Origin: Methanobacteriota archaeon
Lineage (GTDB): Archaea > Thermoplasmatota > Poseidoniia > MGIII > CG-Epi1
Direction: 5' to 3'
Length of the DNA stretch: 64,000 nt
Assembly (NCBI GenBank): GCA_014240055.1
Contig: JAAZXP010000002.1
Location: 10,040 to 74,039, forward strand
The notes below the pieces were generated by a model. It ran no database searches and had not been told where the DNA came from. It saw nothing but the letters and a program-made list of their open reading frames with translations. The position numbers and the translations under genes were made by a program. How positions within the stretch are numbered: the first letter of the stretch is position 1; the number at the start of each line of letters is the position of its first letter. Below are positions 1 through 10,998 of this stretch, piece by piece.

Positions 1-73
1 TTTCATTAAATACTTGCTTAGCTACAATGCAATCTCCACAAGTAGGAGTCCCGTATACTTTTATTTTAGTCAT
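1..73 (-). CDS. Glutaredoxin/NrdH-like redoxin, 5' part only (runs off window start)
   Basis: Not in the ORF track. Manual translation from the ATG at 73 (TAATG overlap with the gcvP stop) gives [24 protein letters not shown], a CxxC after a beta strand as in glutaredoxin-like proteins. Confidence 0.75.
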   Translation of the reverse strand, partial: MTKIKVYGTPTCGDCIVAKQVFNE

Positions 74-2904
74 TAATTATCCTCCATGTATGTTTCTACA
101 TTAAGACATGAACATATCAAATTTCGGTCGCCCCAAGTATTATCGACTCTACCAACTGAAGGCCAGAATTTATGATTTTTTAAATAAGCTATAGGATATG
201 CAGCCAGCTCTCTTGAATAAGAATGTGACCATTCATCATTAGCAACCTCAATTGCAGTATGTGGAGCCCCTCTCAATGGATTATCATTAGAATCATCACT
301 CTCTCTAACTAAGTCTATTTCTGATCTTATTGAAATCATTGCATCACAAAATCGATCTAATTCTATCTTAGATTCCGATTCTGTAGGTTCTACCATTAAA
401 GTACTTGGAACTGGCCAAGACATCGTTGGAGCATGGTAACCATAATCCATTAATCTCTTAGCAATATCATCAATTACCAAACCTGCCTTAGACAATAATT
501 CACGAGTATCTAAAATGCATTCGTGAGCTACATTTCCAGACTTTCCTGTATATAATATTTTATAATGTTTCGACAACCGTTTAGCTATATAATTTGCATT
601 CAATATTGCAACTTTTGTCGCCTCTGTTAAGCCATCGGGCCCCATCATTGCAATATAAGCCCACGAAATTGGAAGTATACTAGAACTTCCCCAATTACTT
701 GCTGAAACTGGTCCTGTATATGAATTACTTTTGTAATCCTCTAAAGGATCTGAAGGTAAAAACTCTATTAAGTGTCTAGCAACCCCAATAGGCCCCATGC
801 CAGGCCCTCCGCCACCATGAGGTATGCAGAAGGTTTTATGTAAATTCAAGTGGCAAACGTCTGCCCCAATTTCACCAGGTTTACACAAACCTACCATCGC
901 ATTCATGTTTGCCCCATCCATGTAAACCTGCCCTCCATTAGAATGAATTATGTCGCAAACTTCACTAATAGTTTCCTCAAAAACTCCGTGTGTTGAAGGA
1001 TAAGTTATCATCATAGAAGCCAATTCAGAAGAATGTGCTTTCGCTTTGATTTTAACATCTTCTAAATCTATATTGCCTTGATCATCACATTGAATCCCTA
1101 CTACTTTCATACCAACCATTACTGCAGATGCTGGATTAGTACCGTGTGCTGATGTTGGAATTAAACAAACATTGCGATTAGTATCTCCTCTTGAATGATG
1201 ATACTCTCGAATAGCTAACATGCCTGCATATTCTCCTTGACTACCTGCATTTGGTTGTAGTGATATTGCTGCAAAACCAGTTATCTCACATAACCACTTT
1301 TCTAAATCTTCAAAGAGAGAAAGGTATCCCTTAACTTGATCAAGCGGTGCATAAGGATGTATATTGGAAAAATTAGGCCATGTTACAGCTTCCATTTCAG
1401 CTACAGCATTCAACTTCATAGTACAAGAACCCAATGGAATCATACTATTATTTAGTGATAAATCTTTTGATTCTAATCTATGAATATATCTTAACATTTC
1501 TGTTTCTGAATGATATGTATTAAAAACTGAGTTTTGGAGATATACCGTTTCACGCTTTAAAGAAGAAGGTATACTACTCTCCGAAGGTTCAATCCATTCT
1601 GAATTAAATAGATCTAAAATTATCTCAACATCTGAATTTGTAGTTTCTTCATCAATAGAAATCCCTATAGAATCCCCATAATCCCATAAATTCATATCAA
1701 AATCTAATGCTTTTTTCATAATATTAAAATCTTTTTTCTTAACTTTTATCGTATCAAAGAAGGCATCGGATTTTATCTGATAACCGCTTGATTTCAAACT
1801 GGACGATAAACCAGACGCGAGATAATTAACTCTTTCAGCAATTTTTCTTAATTTATTAGGGCCGTGATATACTGCATACATTGAAGCCATAATGGCTAAA
1901 AGAACCTGAGCAGTACAAATATTGCTTGTAGCTCTATCTCTACGTATGTGTTGCTCACGTGTTTGTAATGCCAAGCGTAGAGCATCGTTGCCATGCTTAT
2001 CTTTTGAAACCCCTATTAACCTTCCTGGCAAATAACGTTTGTACTTTTTCAATGTCGCCATAAAAGCAGCATGAGGACCTCCAAAACCCATTGGAACTCC
2101 GAAACGTTGAGAATTGCCTATTACTATGTCTGCACCCCACTCGCCAGGAGGCTTGAGGAGGCAAAGCGAAAGTAAATCAGTTGAAGTTATGGTTACTGCT
2201 CCGATATTTTTGGACTTACTAATGGTTTCTGAATAATCTTCAATGGAACCATCAATTGCAGGATATTGGAGTAAAATCCCAAAAACATCTTCAGTAAAAT
2301 CAAATTCCGAATGTGAAGAAACTAAAACTTTAATATTGAGAGGTTCAGCCCTAGTTTTTATTACATTAATTGTTTGAATATTAACTAAATCTGAGACGAG
2401 AAATGTAGAACGCTTACCTCTTAATAAATTACAAGCCATACTCATGGCTTCAGCTGCAGCAGTAGCTTCATCCAAAAGAGAAGCATTCGCAATTTCCATA
2501 CCAGTCAGATCAGACACCATCGTCTGGAAATTCAATAAAGCTTCTAGTCGACCTTGGGCAATCTCCGCTTGATAAGGCGTATACTGAGTATACCATCCTG
2601 GATTTTCTAAAATATTACGCTTAATTACAAGAGGTGTTTTTGTACCGAAATAACCATGGCCTAGAAAATTTTTATTAACTCTATTAATAGACGCAAGCGA
2701 ATTCAATTTGATAAGTGCTTCAGACTCTGAAATTGCCAGAGGTATATCCATATTATTTTGAGAAATTATAGTACTTGGAATTATCGAATTTGAAAAATCA
2801 GAAAGATTATTAAAACCAAGATAAGTCAACATTTCATTAATATCCACCGACGATGGACCTATGTGTCGATTAAGAAATCTGTCAGGATGAATTGATTCTT
2901 TCAT
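73..2904 (-). CDS. gcvP: Glycine dehydrogenase (decarboxylating), glycine cleavage P protein, single-chain type
   Basis: 943 aa; [39 protein letters not shown] lysine motif [18 protein letters not shown]. Confidence 0.97.
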   Translation of the reverse strand: MKESIHPDRFLNRHIGPSSVDINEMLTYLGFNNLSDFSNSIIPSTIISQNNMDIPLAISESEALIKLNSLASINRVNKNFLGHGYFGTKTPLVIKRNILENPGWYTQYTPYQAEIAQGRLEALLNFQTMVSDLTGMEIANASLLDEATAAAEAMSMACNLLRGKRSTFLVSDLVNIQTINVIKTRAEPLNIKVLVSSHSEFDFTEDVFGILLQYPAIDGSIEDYSETISKSKNIGAVTITSTDLLSLCLLKPPGEWGADIVIGNSQRFGVPMGFGGPHAAFMATLKKYKRYLPGRLIGVSKDKHGNDALRLALQTREQHIRRDRATSNICTAQVLLAIMASMYAVYHGPNKLRKIAERVNYLASGLSSSLKSSGYQIKSDAFFDTIKVKKKDFNIMKKALDFDMNLWDYGDSIGISIDEETTNSDVEIILDLFNSEWIEPSESSIPSSLKRETVYLQNSVFNTYHSETEMLRYIHRLESKDLSLNNSMIPLGSCTMKLNAVAEMEAVTWPNFSNIHPYAPLDQVKGYLSLFEDLEKWLCEITGFAAISLQPNAGSQGEYAGMLAIREYHHSRGDTNRNVCLIPTSAHGTNPASAVMVGMKVVGIQCDDQGNIDLEDVKIKAKAHSSELASMMITYPSTHGVFEETISEVCDIIHSNGGQVYMDGANMNAMVGLCKPGEIGADVCHLNLHKTFCIPHGGGGPGMGPIGVARHLIEFLPSDPLEDYKSNSYTGPVSASNWGSSSILPISWAYIAMMGPDGLTEATKVAILNANYIAKRLSKHYKILYTGKSGNVAHECILDTRELLSKAGLVIDDIAKRLMDYGYHAPTMSWPVPSTLMVEPTESESKIELDRFCDAMISIRSEIDLVRESDDSNDNPLRGAPHTAIEVANDEWSHSYSRELAAYPIAYLKNHKFWPSVGRVDNTWGDRNLICSCLNVETYMEDN

Positions 2905-3004
2905 GAATAAATATTAGGTTGTATAACGAATGGTGATTATGAGTGTTTGGTTAGTTTTTAGGCATCAGTTCTATTTATTTGCCCATTGCTAAGTAGTTAT
3001 TTCC

Positions 3005-3439
3005 ATGGTAATGGACGCCGTTAGGCTTTTCACCGTGGATGAGGCTAATAGTTTGTTAGGTTTGATAGCCCCTATGCTAAATGATCTTTCTGAATATTCT
3101 GTACGCCAAGAAATGTTGGAAGAACAACTTGAAGAAATTATGGAAGAAGTGCGTGATGATTATAGGGCTGCATTGAAACCAGGCTGGGAAGAACTCCAAC
3201 TAGAACTTGAAAATAATACCAATCTCGTAAATAATTTAACTATGGAATTAGGAAAATTAGGCATTGAAGTAGATGAACCAACACTAGGTATAGTCAATTT
3301 TAACTCTCTGAGAGGAATTGAAACTGTCTTTCTTTCATATAAATTAGGTGAAAACCATGTGAATCATTGGCATCATTTGGATGAACAATACGAATGTAGA
3401 AGAATTATGGAAAGAGAACTAGATATTATTACTCAATAA
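3005..3439 (+). CDS. DUF2203-like coiled-coil protein
   Basis: RLFTVDEANSLL N-terminus and C-terminal GIVNF...VFLSYKLGE..V.HWH pattern typical of DUF2203. Confidence 0.7.
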   Translation: MVMDAVRLFTVDEANSLLGLIAPMLNDLSEYSVRQEMLEEQLEEIMEEVRDDYRAALKPGWEELQLELENNTNLVNNLTMELGKLGIEVDEPTLGIVNFNSLRGIETVFLSYKLGENHVNHWHHLDEQYECRRIMERELDIITQ

Positions 3440-3470
3440 AACCTTTTGAAGTGGGTTGAAATATGAAATT

Positions 3471-3767
3471 ATGCTTAAAGCAAAAAAGATAACCGTTTTT
3501 ATGCCCGCTGAAGGTGAAACGGAAACATTTGATAATGTTGAATTTCAGTCTAATCCAGAAGTAAATATTCTTGCAATATTTACCAATAAAGGTAAAGAAT
3601 CCATAATGTTTTCAGGTTTAAGTTTTAAAGTGGAAATGGGTGAAAATGATGCCAAAGAATCTTATGACATCGCACAGAAAGCTCACTCTATGTCCAAAGA
3701 ACAAATGAAGATGATGTTAGAAAGAGAAAATGGCCCTAGTGACCGATTTACCTCTTCATTTGGATAA
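3471..3767 (+). CDS. Hypothetical protein
   Basis: ORF track starts at TTG 3456; ATG 3471 lies about 25 nt after an AT-rich TATA-like box. Abuts the next gene. Confidence 0.6.
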   Translation: MLKAKKITVFMPAEGETETFDNVEFQSNPEVNILAIFTNKGKESIMFSGLSFKVEMGENDAKESYDIAQKAHSMSKEQMKMMLERENGPSDRFTSSFG

Positions 3768-4412
3768 ATGGCAAATATCAAACTAGTAGTTTTTGATATG
3801 GATGGTACATTATTACAGCCACGTTCCTGTTGGGCTTACATACATGACCACTTTGGTACTGATAATACTGAAATGCTAAATCTATATATCCAAAAAAAAA
3901 TAAGCGATCAGGAATTTGTAAAAGCTGATGTTAAACAATGGGAAGATAATAGCAAAAGAATAGTTAATGAAAAATACATAAATGAAATACTTGATGAAAT
4001 TAAGCCAATCAAAGGCGCTGAAGAACTAGTTTCTGAACTACACCAGAATAATATAGAAACTATTTTTTTGAGTGGTGGAATAACTTTCCTTGCTGAAAAA
4101 TGGGCTAAGAAATGGAATATGAAAAAACCTCTAGCCAATAATCTTATCGATGGTGAAGATGGACACTTAATAGTGGAAGTAAATGCAAGCGGACATGCAA
4201 AAGGAGCTGTTATGGATAAATTATTGAAGCAATCAAACTTGAGAAAAGAGCAGGTAGCTGCCATCGGAGATACAACCGTAGATTTGCCTATGTTTGAGAG
4301 GGCTGGATTATCCGTTGCTGTCAATACCGATGACAAACGCGTAATTGAAAAAGCAGATTACCATTTAAAAGGCGATATAAGAGAACTTCAAAATCTAATT
4401 ATAAACTGGTAA
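3768..4412 (+). CDS. HAD-IB family hydrolase (phosphoserine phosphatase-like)
   Basis: Motif I FDMDGTL, motif II LSGG, motif III K, motif IV GDTTVD. Confidence 0.85.
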   Translation: MANIKLVVFDMDGTLLQPRSCWAYIHDHFGTDNTEMLNLYIQKKISDQEFVKADVKQWEDNSKRIVNEKYINEILDEIKPIKGAEELVSELHQNNIETIFLSGGITFLAEKWAKKWNMKKPLANNLIDGEDGHLIVEVNASGHAKGAVMDKLLKQSNLRKEQVAAIGDTTVDLPMFERAGLSVAVNTDDKRVIEKADYHLKGDIRELQNLIINW

Positions 4413-4424
4413 TAAACTATAATT

Positions 4425-7400
4425 ATGTGTTGTTTATACATGCCTATGGTTATTCGACATCGTCTCGCATTTCTGGTTATTATTTTTATAACTTTTGCAA
4501 TTATTGGTCAAGTTAAAGCTGAAGACGCTGAAATCAATATCTCTTCAATAAAATATACCAATGACTTAGAAAATGGAGAACTGGTAACTCTTGTATCTAG
4601 CGGAAAAGATAATGCTACAAGTTATAAATATAAATTATATGATGACGATGACGATGATTGTGACACTCAATCATGCCTTCCAGTAAACTGGTATGCATCA
4701 GATTATGATGATTCTGATTGGAATATTAACGCCACTCCCTTTGGTAATGATGAACTTAATGGTCTAGAACCTAATACAATTTGGCAAACTGAAGATGGAT
4801 TAGGTGATTATTTAGTAATCCGCCATTATTTTACATATGAAAAACCTGAAGAAGTTCTAAGCGCAACACTTAGTATTGCTCATAATAATTATTACATGGC
4901 TTATCTTAATGGAAATTTAATCAGAGATTGCTCATGGTACCAAAATCATGATGGATGCTATGAAGGAGATGCTGATTATTGGAATAATGTGCTAACATAT
5001 GACGGAAATCAATACTCAGGACCTAATCCAGATTGGCTTATAGACGGTGAAAATGTTCTTGTTATTCTTGGAATAGACATAACCTGGGGAGGCGATACTG
5101 ATCAATGGTTAGATGTTGAACTGGCAATTAATGTACCTTCTTGGAAAAATACACCAATTATTCTTGGGGACGAATTAGTGTTGCGTATTGATTATTTTAA
5201 CTATGGCGAAAATAATGAAACTAATGTGACTATTAGTTTAGATATTGATGGAATCTTTTTTTCTAATAAAACAATAGATATAGAGAAAAACCAAACCTAT
5301 CAATGGCTAGTTGATTGGACACCTGAGAGATTAGGAGATATCAATGTAACTGCCAAAGTTCTTAACACAACGCTCACACGATCTATACATATCGGCTATT
5401 ATGCATATAGTATTGATTTTTTAAAAATACATAAAACATCAAATATTGATGAAACGGTAACATTTCAATTCAATATAACCAATGATGGTGATGTGAACGA
5501 TAATTTTACATTTTATTTGTATAATATTCCAAATGATTGGGATTACACGTTTTCACCAAATATTGCTTCTTTATCACCAAATGAATCAATGGATGTAAAA
5601 CTTAACATAACTACTAGCGATACTGCTCAGGCTGGAAATTACTCAATATTTCCAACTATAATATCACAATACTATTCTCAAACCATTAACACATTAATCC
5701 ATTCAGGGTCTAGTAATTCAACTGAATATCATTATGCAATATGGAATGGAAGTGATTTCCCAGATGATTTTTATGAAATAAACTATAATGATTCTATGTG
5801 GGAAGTCGGAGCTGCACCATTTGGGAACGATGAACTTAGAGGTATTGAACCTAATACATTATGGCAAACTGACGATACGAATTATACCTATATTACGGCT
5901 AGGCACTGGCTTAACTATACTGGAAGTTTAGATTTTAGTGAACTACGAATAAAAATTGCCCATGATGATTACTATAAAGTCTATCTTAATGAAAAATTGA
6001 TAAGGGATTGCTTCAGCGGATGGGGATGCGGAGGAGATGGACGTTATTGGGAAGATACAATTACTATCAACAGTTCTTGGTTAAATAATGGAAATAATTT
6101 AATTGCAATAGCTGCAAGAGACTCAACACAAGGTTGGGGTGGAAGCGGAGGTGGTGATGGACGACAATGGTTAGACATGGAACTTGAAACTTCCAATTTA
6201 AGATCTAAATTATGGGATTTTCAAGAAATATACAATGAGCTTACAGTATCTGTAAATGAAACATATAATATGGAATTATTAATTCCAATCTCAAATAAAG
6301 ACATTTCTGAAGAACAATATACTTTCACGATTTGGGCAATTAATACTGGAAATGTCAAAGATACTTACGATATCACAATTTCTTTAAATGATACGAGTAA
6401 TTTTACCATAATAAGCTATAATTCAGTATTGGAAATACCATACGGCCAAGATAGAGACATTGAACTAAAAATAGCCCTAAGTGATAGTATAAGTAAATTT
6501 TCAATCGGATCTTTTAACGTAAACATAGTCTCCCGAAATTCAACTGAAGAACTTTCGGATAGTGCAATTATTAGTGCAAAAATGTACGTTATTCCAGATA
6601 CCTTATCTCCCGGGACATATACCGAATCTCCTGAATTAGTTAATAATTCTTCTTTTGAAGTCAATTGGTATGTTCATGACTGGTACAAAACAAATGAAAT
6701 AATGGGGAATGATACAAAATATTTCCTAATAGAATACATGACAGATAATGGAACTAATGGTGAAGTTTGGGGAGATTGGATACTTTGGAATAACTTTTCT
6801 AAAGATATTGACTCCGCAATATTCCCATATGGGATTGACGGATATCAATACCGTTTTAGATCCATAGGTGGAGATAATGAAGGCCTTGTAGAAAATAAAG
6901 AAGATAAATATGATAGTCAAACATTAGTTGACTTGTCTGCCCCTTATGCTGACGTATCTCTAAGACTATCAACCAATATAACTAATTTAGACTATATCGA
7001 AATTGAGTGGAATGTAGAACATCCAAACATTACTGGCTATAATATAGAATATCGTTATGATTACGGCCCAATATGGATAAGTATAGAAGAAAATACTCTC
7101 GCAAAATGGGTAGGTTTCAATATACCTATTGATGGAATATACGAATTTAGAGTTTTGACGTATGATGAAGCAGGTAATGAAGGCATTTCAGATCTGACTG
7201 ATATTTTAACTATAGATACTATAGCTCCAAATACAAAACTCATAAATCTTCCAGAATTAATTAGCTCATACTCAATTATTATAGACATAGAAAATTTAGA
7301 AGATACTGTAAATTTAAGTTTATATTATGCATTATCTAAAGAAGGGGAAGAGATATTTCCATTGGAATGGACCCTATATGGAGAATATAAAACCAGTGAT

Positions 7401-8111
7401 TTACCTGTATCTATTAACACCGTTGATGGAAATCATTATTACTTTAAAATCGTAGCTTATGACTTAGTGGGAAATCACGTTCTTAACGAAAGTTATGAAG
7501 AATTTATTGTAGATCAACAAATACCTAAGAATATCAGAAATCTAGAAATAAAAGATACGAAAGAAATTGACAATGGCACTACGTCCATTTCAATTACATT
7601 TCAATCATCTCAATCCCAAGATTTGACTGGGTACCGAATTTATCGTTCAATAAACCAAAATGAAACTGGAGAAATAATCGGATATTTAGAAGCTGGAGAT
7701 ACTTATCTGTCTTACAGAGACCCAAATGTTAAGCTTGGATTTGAATACTATTATTCTGTAGTAGCCGTAGATCGAATGGAGTTTGAATCTGAACCTGAAA
7801 TGGAATCTATAAGTCTTAAAAGTGAAAATATCGAAACTGTAATTGAAAATGATGAAGACAATAATAGCTTTATCTATATTGGGGGTGGAATCGTAGGTTT
7901 AGCTGCCTTAGGTGCTGGATATTATGTATTTAGTAATAAAGGAATGAATGGGGAAATATTGTCTTCGGTTGCAGAAGTAGTCGATGAAGCTGATACTGGA
8001 ACTTCAAAATTTACTGAAATAGATGGCGAATTATTGTGTAGTGCCTGTGGATCTATGTTTGGAATTTCAGAAGAGAAGGTTTGTCCATCCTGTGGCGTAT
8101 TTGATGAATAG
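4425..8111 (+). CDS. Large type I membrane surface protein: two jelly-roll (galactose-binding-like) repeats, Ig/FN3-like domains, TM anchor, cytoplasmic Zn ribbon
   Basis: Signal peptide (true start probably 4440 or 4446); internal repeat PFGNDEL.G.EPNT.WQT; FN3-like YRIYRS..YYYSVVAVD; TM IYIGGGIVGLAALGAGYYVF; C-terminal CSAC..CPSC. Confidence 0.8.
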   Translation: MCCLYMPMVIRHRLAFLVIIFITFAIIGQVKAEDAEINISSIKYTNDLENGELVTLVSSGKDNATSYKYKLYDDDDDDCDTQSCLPVNWYASDYDDSDWNINATPFGNDELNGLEPNTIWQTEDGLGDYLVIRHYFTYEKPEEVLSATLSIAHNNYYMAYLNGNLIRDCSWYQNHDGCYEGDADYWNNVLTYDGNQYSGPNPDWLIDGENVLVILGIDITWGGDTDQWLDVELAINVPSWKNTPIILGDELVLRIDYFNYGENNETNVTISLDIDGIFFSNKTIDIEKNQTYQWLVDWTPERLGDINVTAKVLNTTLTRSIHIGYYAYSIDFLKIHKTSNIDETVTFQFNITNDGDVNDNFTFYLYNIPNDWDYTFSPNIASLSPNESMDVKLNITTSDTAQAGNYSIFPTIISQYYSQTINTLIHSGSSNSTEYHYAIWNGSDFPDDFYEINYNDSMWEVGAAPFGNDELRGIEPNTLWQTDDTNYTYITARHWLNYTGSLDFSELRIKIAHDDYYKVYLNEKLIRDCFSGWGCGGDGRYWEDTITINSSWLNNGNNLIAIAARDSTQGWGGSGGGDGRQWLDMELETSNLRSKLWDFQEIYNELTVSVNETYNMELLIPISNKDISEEQYTFTIWAINTGNVKDTYDITISLNDTSNFTIISYNSVLEIPYGQDRDIELKIALSDSISKFSIGSFNVNIVSRNSTEELSDSAIISAKMYVIPDTLSPGTYTESPELVNNSSFEVNWYVHDWYKTNEIMGNDTKYFLIEYMTDNGTNGEVWGDWILWNNFSKDIDSAIFPYGIDGYQYRFRSIGGDNEGLVENKEDKYDSQTLVDLSAPYADVSLRLSTNITNLDYIEIEWNVEHPNITGYNIEYRYDYGPIWISIEENTLAKWVGFNIPIDGIYEFRVLTYDEAGNEGISDLTDILTIDTIAPNTKLINLPELISSYSIIIDIENLEDTVNLSLYYALSKEGEEIFPLEWTLYGEYKTSDLPVSINTVDGNHYYFKIVAYDLVGNHVLNESYEEFIVDQQIPKNIRNLEIKDTKEIDNGTTSISITFQSSQSQDLTGYRIYRSINQNETGEIIGYLEAGDTYLSYRDPNVKLGFEYYYSVVAVDRMEFESEPEMESISLKSENIETVIENDEDNNSFIYIGGGIVGLAALGAGYYVFSNKGMNGEILSSVAEVVDEADTGTSKFTEIDGELLCSACGSMFGISEEKVCPSCGVFDE
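4686..6186 (+). repeat. Intragenic domain duplication (copies at about 4686-5123 and 5766-6186)
   Basis: Both copies carry W...A.PFGNDEL.G.EPNT.WQT.D, IAH..YY..YLN..LIRDC, GD..YW, G.N...I and QWLD.EL. Confidence 0.85.
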
Positions 8112-8147
8112 AACAAAACTTCAATATAAGAGGCCTCATAGAATATT

Positions 8148-8921
8148 ATGACTAATGTCTTGATAGAAAGAAAAGACAACATTGGGATTGTTACCGTTAA
8201 TCGTCCTGAACAGATGAATAGCCTTAATTCAGTAACAAGAAAGGAAATGGCTGAAGCTTTCACCGAACTTGGAGATGATTCGGAAATTTTAGTTATTATC
8301 TTAACTGGGGCACCTGGAAAAGCTTTCATTGCTGGTGCAGACATTAAAGAATTCTTAAAGCTTAATCTAAAAACTGAAAAGGAACTCAAAAATGATTGGC
8401 TCGTAACCGAAGTAATTGAAAATCTAAAAAAACCAGTAATAGCAATGATAGATGGATTTTGCTTAGGTGGAGGATTGGAAATTGCTATGTCTTGTGATTT
8501 AAGGGTAGCTAGTGATCGGACAAAGTTAGGACAACCCGAAATAAATATTGGAATCATACCTGGGGCTGGTGGAACTCAAAGGCTTACCAGATTAGTTGGT
8601 GAAGGACGAGCAATGGAGATGATTCTAACTGGGAGAATGGTAAAAGCTGAAGAAGGATTACAATATGGAATTTTAAATTTTATCTTTACTCATGATGAAT
8701 TAGAAGAGAAAACAATGGAAATGGCAAAAAAAATTACTGAGAAATCACCTTATGCCATTGAAAGGGCAAAACAGAGTGTAAAATCAGTATCAAATATGAA
8801 TCTCAGAGAAGGTTTGAAATTTGAACGTGAAATGTTTCTAGAATGCTTTACCTCAGACGATGGAAAAGAAGGCATAACTGCATTTATAGAAAAAAGGAAA
8901 GCTAACTTTAAAGGGAAATAA
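8148..8921 (+). CDS. Enoyl-CoA hydratase/isomerase (crotonase family)
   Basis: AFIAGADIKE, GFCLGGGLEIAMSCD, GQPEINIGIIPGAGGTQRL. Confidence 0.93.
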   Translation: MTNVLIERKDNIGIVTVNRPEQMNSLNSVTRKEMAEAFTELGDDSEILVIILTGAPGKAFIAGADIKEFLKLNLKTEKELKNDWLVTEVIENLKKPVIAMIDGFCLGGGLEIAMSCDLRVASDRTKLGQPEINIGIIPGAGGTQRLTRLVGEGRAMEMILTGRMVKAEEGLQYGILNFIFTHDELEEKTMEMAKKITEKSPYAIERAKQSVKSVSNMNLREGLKFEREMFLECFTSDDGKEGITAFIEKRKANFKGK

Positions 8922-8932
8922 TAGGTGAAATA

Positions 8933-9553
8933 TTGAAGTTATCTGATAAAGTTGAGTTTGTAACTTCAACATTAGAAAAACTATATCCTAAAACCGATAT
9001 TCCTTTAAATCACGAAAATAATTTTACTTTTCTCGTAGCAGTTATGCTTAGTGCTCAAAGTACTGATAAAAAAGTAAATGAAATAACACCAAAATTATTT
9101 GAAATTGCCAATACAGCTAAAAAAATGAATCTTTTGAGTGCTGATAAAATTAAAGATTATATTAGAGAGATTGGACTTGCTCCAACTAAATCCAAAAATA
9201 TAAAAAAGATGTCCCAACAGTTATTATTGCTACATAACGGAGAAGTGCCTAAGAGTTTTGAAGAATTAGAAAATTTAGCAGGAGTAGGACATAAAACGGC
9301 ATCAGTAATTATGTCTCAAGCTTTCAACGAACCTGCATTTCCAGTAGATACGCACATTCACAGATTAGCATTTCGTTGGAAACTATCAAGTGGAAAGAAT
9401 GTAATTACAACTGAAAAAGATTTGAAACGAAAGTTTGATAGAAGCCTATGGAACAAACTACATTTACAAATGATATTTTACGGAAGAGAATGGTGTCAAG
9501 CACGAAAAAAAGAATGTGCATGCCAAATATGTCATAAAATTAAAACCTCGTAG
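8933..9553 (+). CDS. nth: Endonuclease III
   Basis: LVAVMLSAQSTDKKVN, HhH LAGVGHKTA, FPVDTHIHR, C-terminal Cys cluster; TTG start after a GGTGA SD. Confidence 0.93.
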   Translation: MKLSDKVEFVTSTLEKLYPKTDIPLNHENNFTFLVAVMLSAQSTDKKVNEITPKLFEIANTAKKMNLLSADKIKDYIREIGLAPTKSKNIKKMSQQLLLLHNGEVPKSFEELENLAGVGHKTASVIMSQAFNEPAFPVDTHIHRLAFRWKLSSGKNVITTEKDLKRKFDRSLWNKLHLQMIFYGREWCQARKKECACQICHKIKTS

Positions 9554-9588
9554 ATAGCTATATTGGGACCCTTACTGAGTAATCATTA

Positions 9589-10023
9589 ATGGCTGATTGG
9601 AATGAACGTTTCTTAAATCTTGCAACTCATATTTCACAATGGAGTAAGGATCCTTCAACAAAGGTAGGGTGTGTTGTTGTAGGACCTGATCATGAAATCA
9701 GAAGTACTGGATTCAATGGATTGCCGAGAGGAATTGAAGATAAGGATGAAAGATTGAATAATCGGGAAATTAAATATCCAATGATTTGTCATGCTGAAGA
9801 AAATGCAATTATGCATGCTGCTCGAATTGGAATATCTTTGAAAGAATGTACAGCATATGTTACCTGGCCTCCATGTACAAGATGTGCAAGATCGTTGATT
9901 CAGGCCGGTATTCTAACAGTTATATATCCGAAAAATACAGAAATACCAGATAGATGGGCCTCAGATTTTGAATTATCTATGGATATGTTTAAAGAAGCTG
10001 GAATTGAACTAAAGACTGCTTAA
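9589..10023 (+). CDS. dCMP deaminase family protein
   Basis: SKDPSTKVGCV, TGFNG, HAEENAI, PCTRC zinc motifs. Confidence 0.9.
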   Translation: MADWNERFLNLATHISQWSKDPSTKVGCVVVGPDHEIRSTGFNGLPRGIEDKDERLNNREIKYPMICHAEENAIMHAARIGISLKECTAYVTWPPCTRCARSLIQAGILTVIYPKNTEIPDRWASDFELSMDMFKEAGIELKTA

Positions 10024-10908
10024 TTAATCATCACTAGGTTCTTCTTGCTTACTTAATAAATTTTTAATATTCTTCAGATGTTCAACGCCCGTATCTGATT
10101 GTATATTCTCAGTTATCAAATCTCTGACTTTACTAGGTGAAGGAACACCAAAGAGACAATCATGCGGATTGTGTCTGATTCTTTTAGAAGAACTGCGTGA
10201 ACCACCTGCAAGACCAATGCTTCCTAATCCTTTTACTTCAGCCCCTGAACCTGCAATCATCATGGATTCATCAGTTCCAGTTCCAAGGCCCGAACCTGTG
10301 AGAGGTAAGACTGTACCGTAGCCAAAAATAGTACCAAACACTCCTTGTTCCATTTTTATATCTTCAATATGATTATAACGAACTTGGCGTTCACTATTAT
10401 TCATTAGAAAACTGCTTCTAAGAACTATTCTATTGTTAGTAAGATAATAAGTAAAAGAACGTCGATAGGCATTAACTGAAAACATTCCCAAGAATCCAAT
10501 CACTGCTGTTAAACTAGGTATAAACCAGCGCCCAAAATCCATTGTACCTCCCATTTTCCAAGCGTGATAAGACATAACTATTATTCCAAAGAATGCAACT
10601 CCACTATAGAGACGGAAAATACTCTGGCCACCTGAATCCAAGAAAAAATAGCGTGCCAAAAATCCAACAATAAATAAACCTAAAGACCAGATAACAGTAC
10701 CTGCTAAAACTTCACTATCTTTCAAAAATCCCTCGATAAGACTATACAAAGGAAATCCTGAGAATTTATCCATAGCAAAAAAATCATAAATTATGTAAGC
10801 CCACACCAATAATAAAAAGAAAACAATATACAAATAAAAGAATGAAAAAACATGAGGGCGCAATTGCATTTTCAATTCTTCATCACTCAATAATACTAAA
10901 TCAGACAT
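10024..10908 (-). CDS. Membrane protein with bacterial PH (bPH_2-like) domain
   Basis: Four TM segments followed by YYLTNNRIV...VRYNHIEDIKMEQG..G.IFGYGTV. Confidence 0.7.
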   Translation of the reverse strand: MSDLVLLSDEELKMQLRPHVFSFFYLYIVFFLLLVWAYIIYDFFAMDKFSGFPLYSLIEGFLKDSEVLAGTVIWSLGLFIVGFLARYFFLDSGGQSIFRLYSGVAFFGIIVMSYHAWKMGGTMDFGRWFIPSLTAVIGFLGMFSVNAYRRSFTYYLTNNRIVLRSSFLMNNSERQVRYNHIEDIKMEQGVFGTIFGYGTVLPLTGSGLGTGTDESMMIAGSGAEVKGLGSIGLAGGSRSSSKRIRHNPHDCLFGVPSPSKVRDLITENIQSDTGVEHLKNIKNLLSKQEEPSDD

Positions 10909-10998
10909 ATGCTTCCAGAAGGTGGGGTGCTTAAAACATTTTCATATTACTCTAACATTTATTTATCGCTCTGTATCTGAAGAAACTAAGTCAATATC

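Noticed and set aside
4641..4658. GAT/GAC microsatellite-like run
   Set aside because: It encodes a short poly-Asp stretch with mixed codons and is not a contingency repeat.
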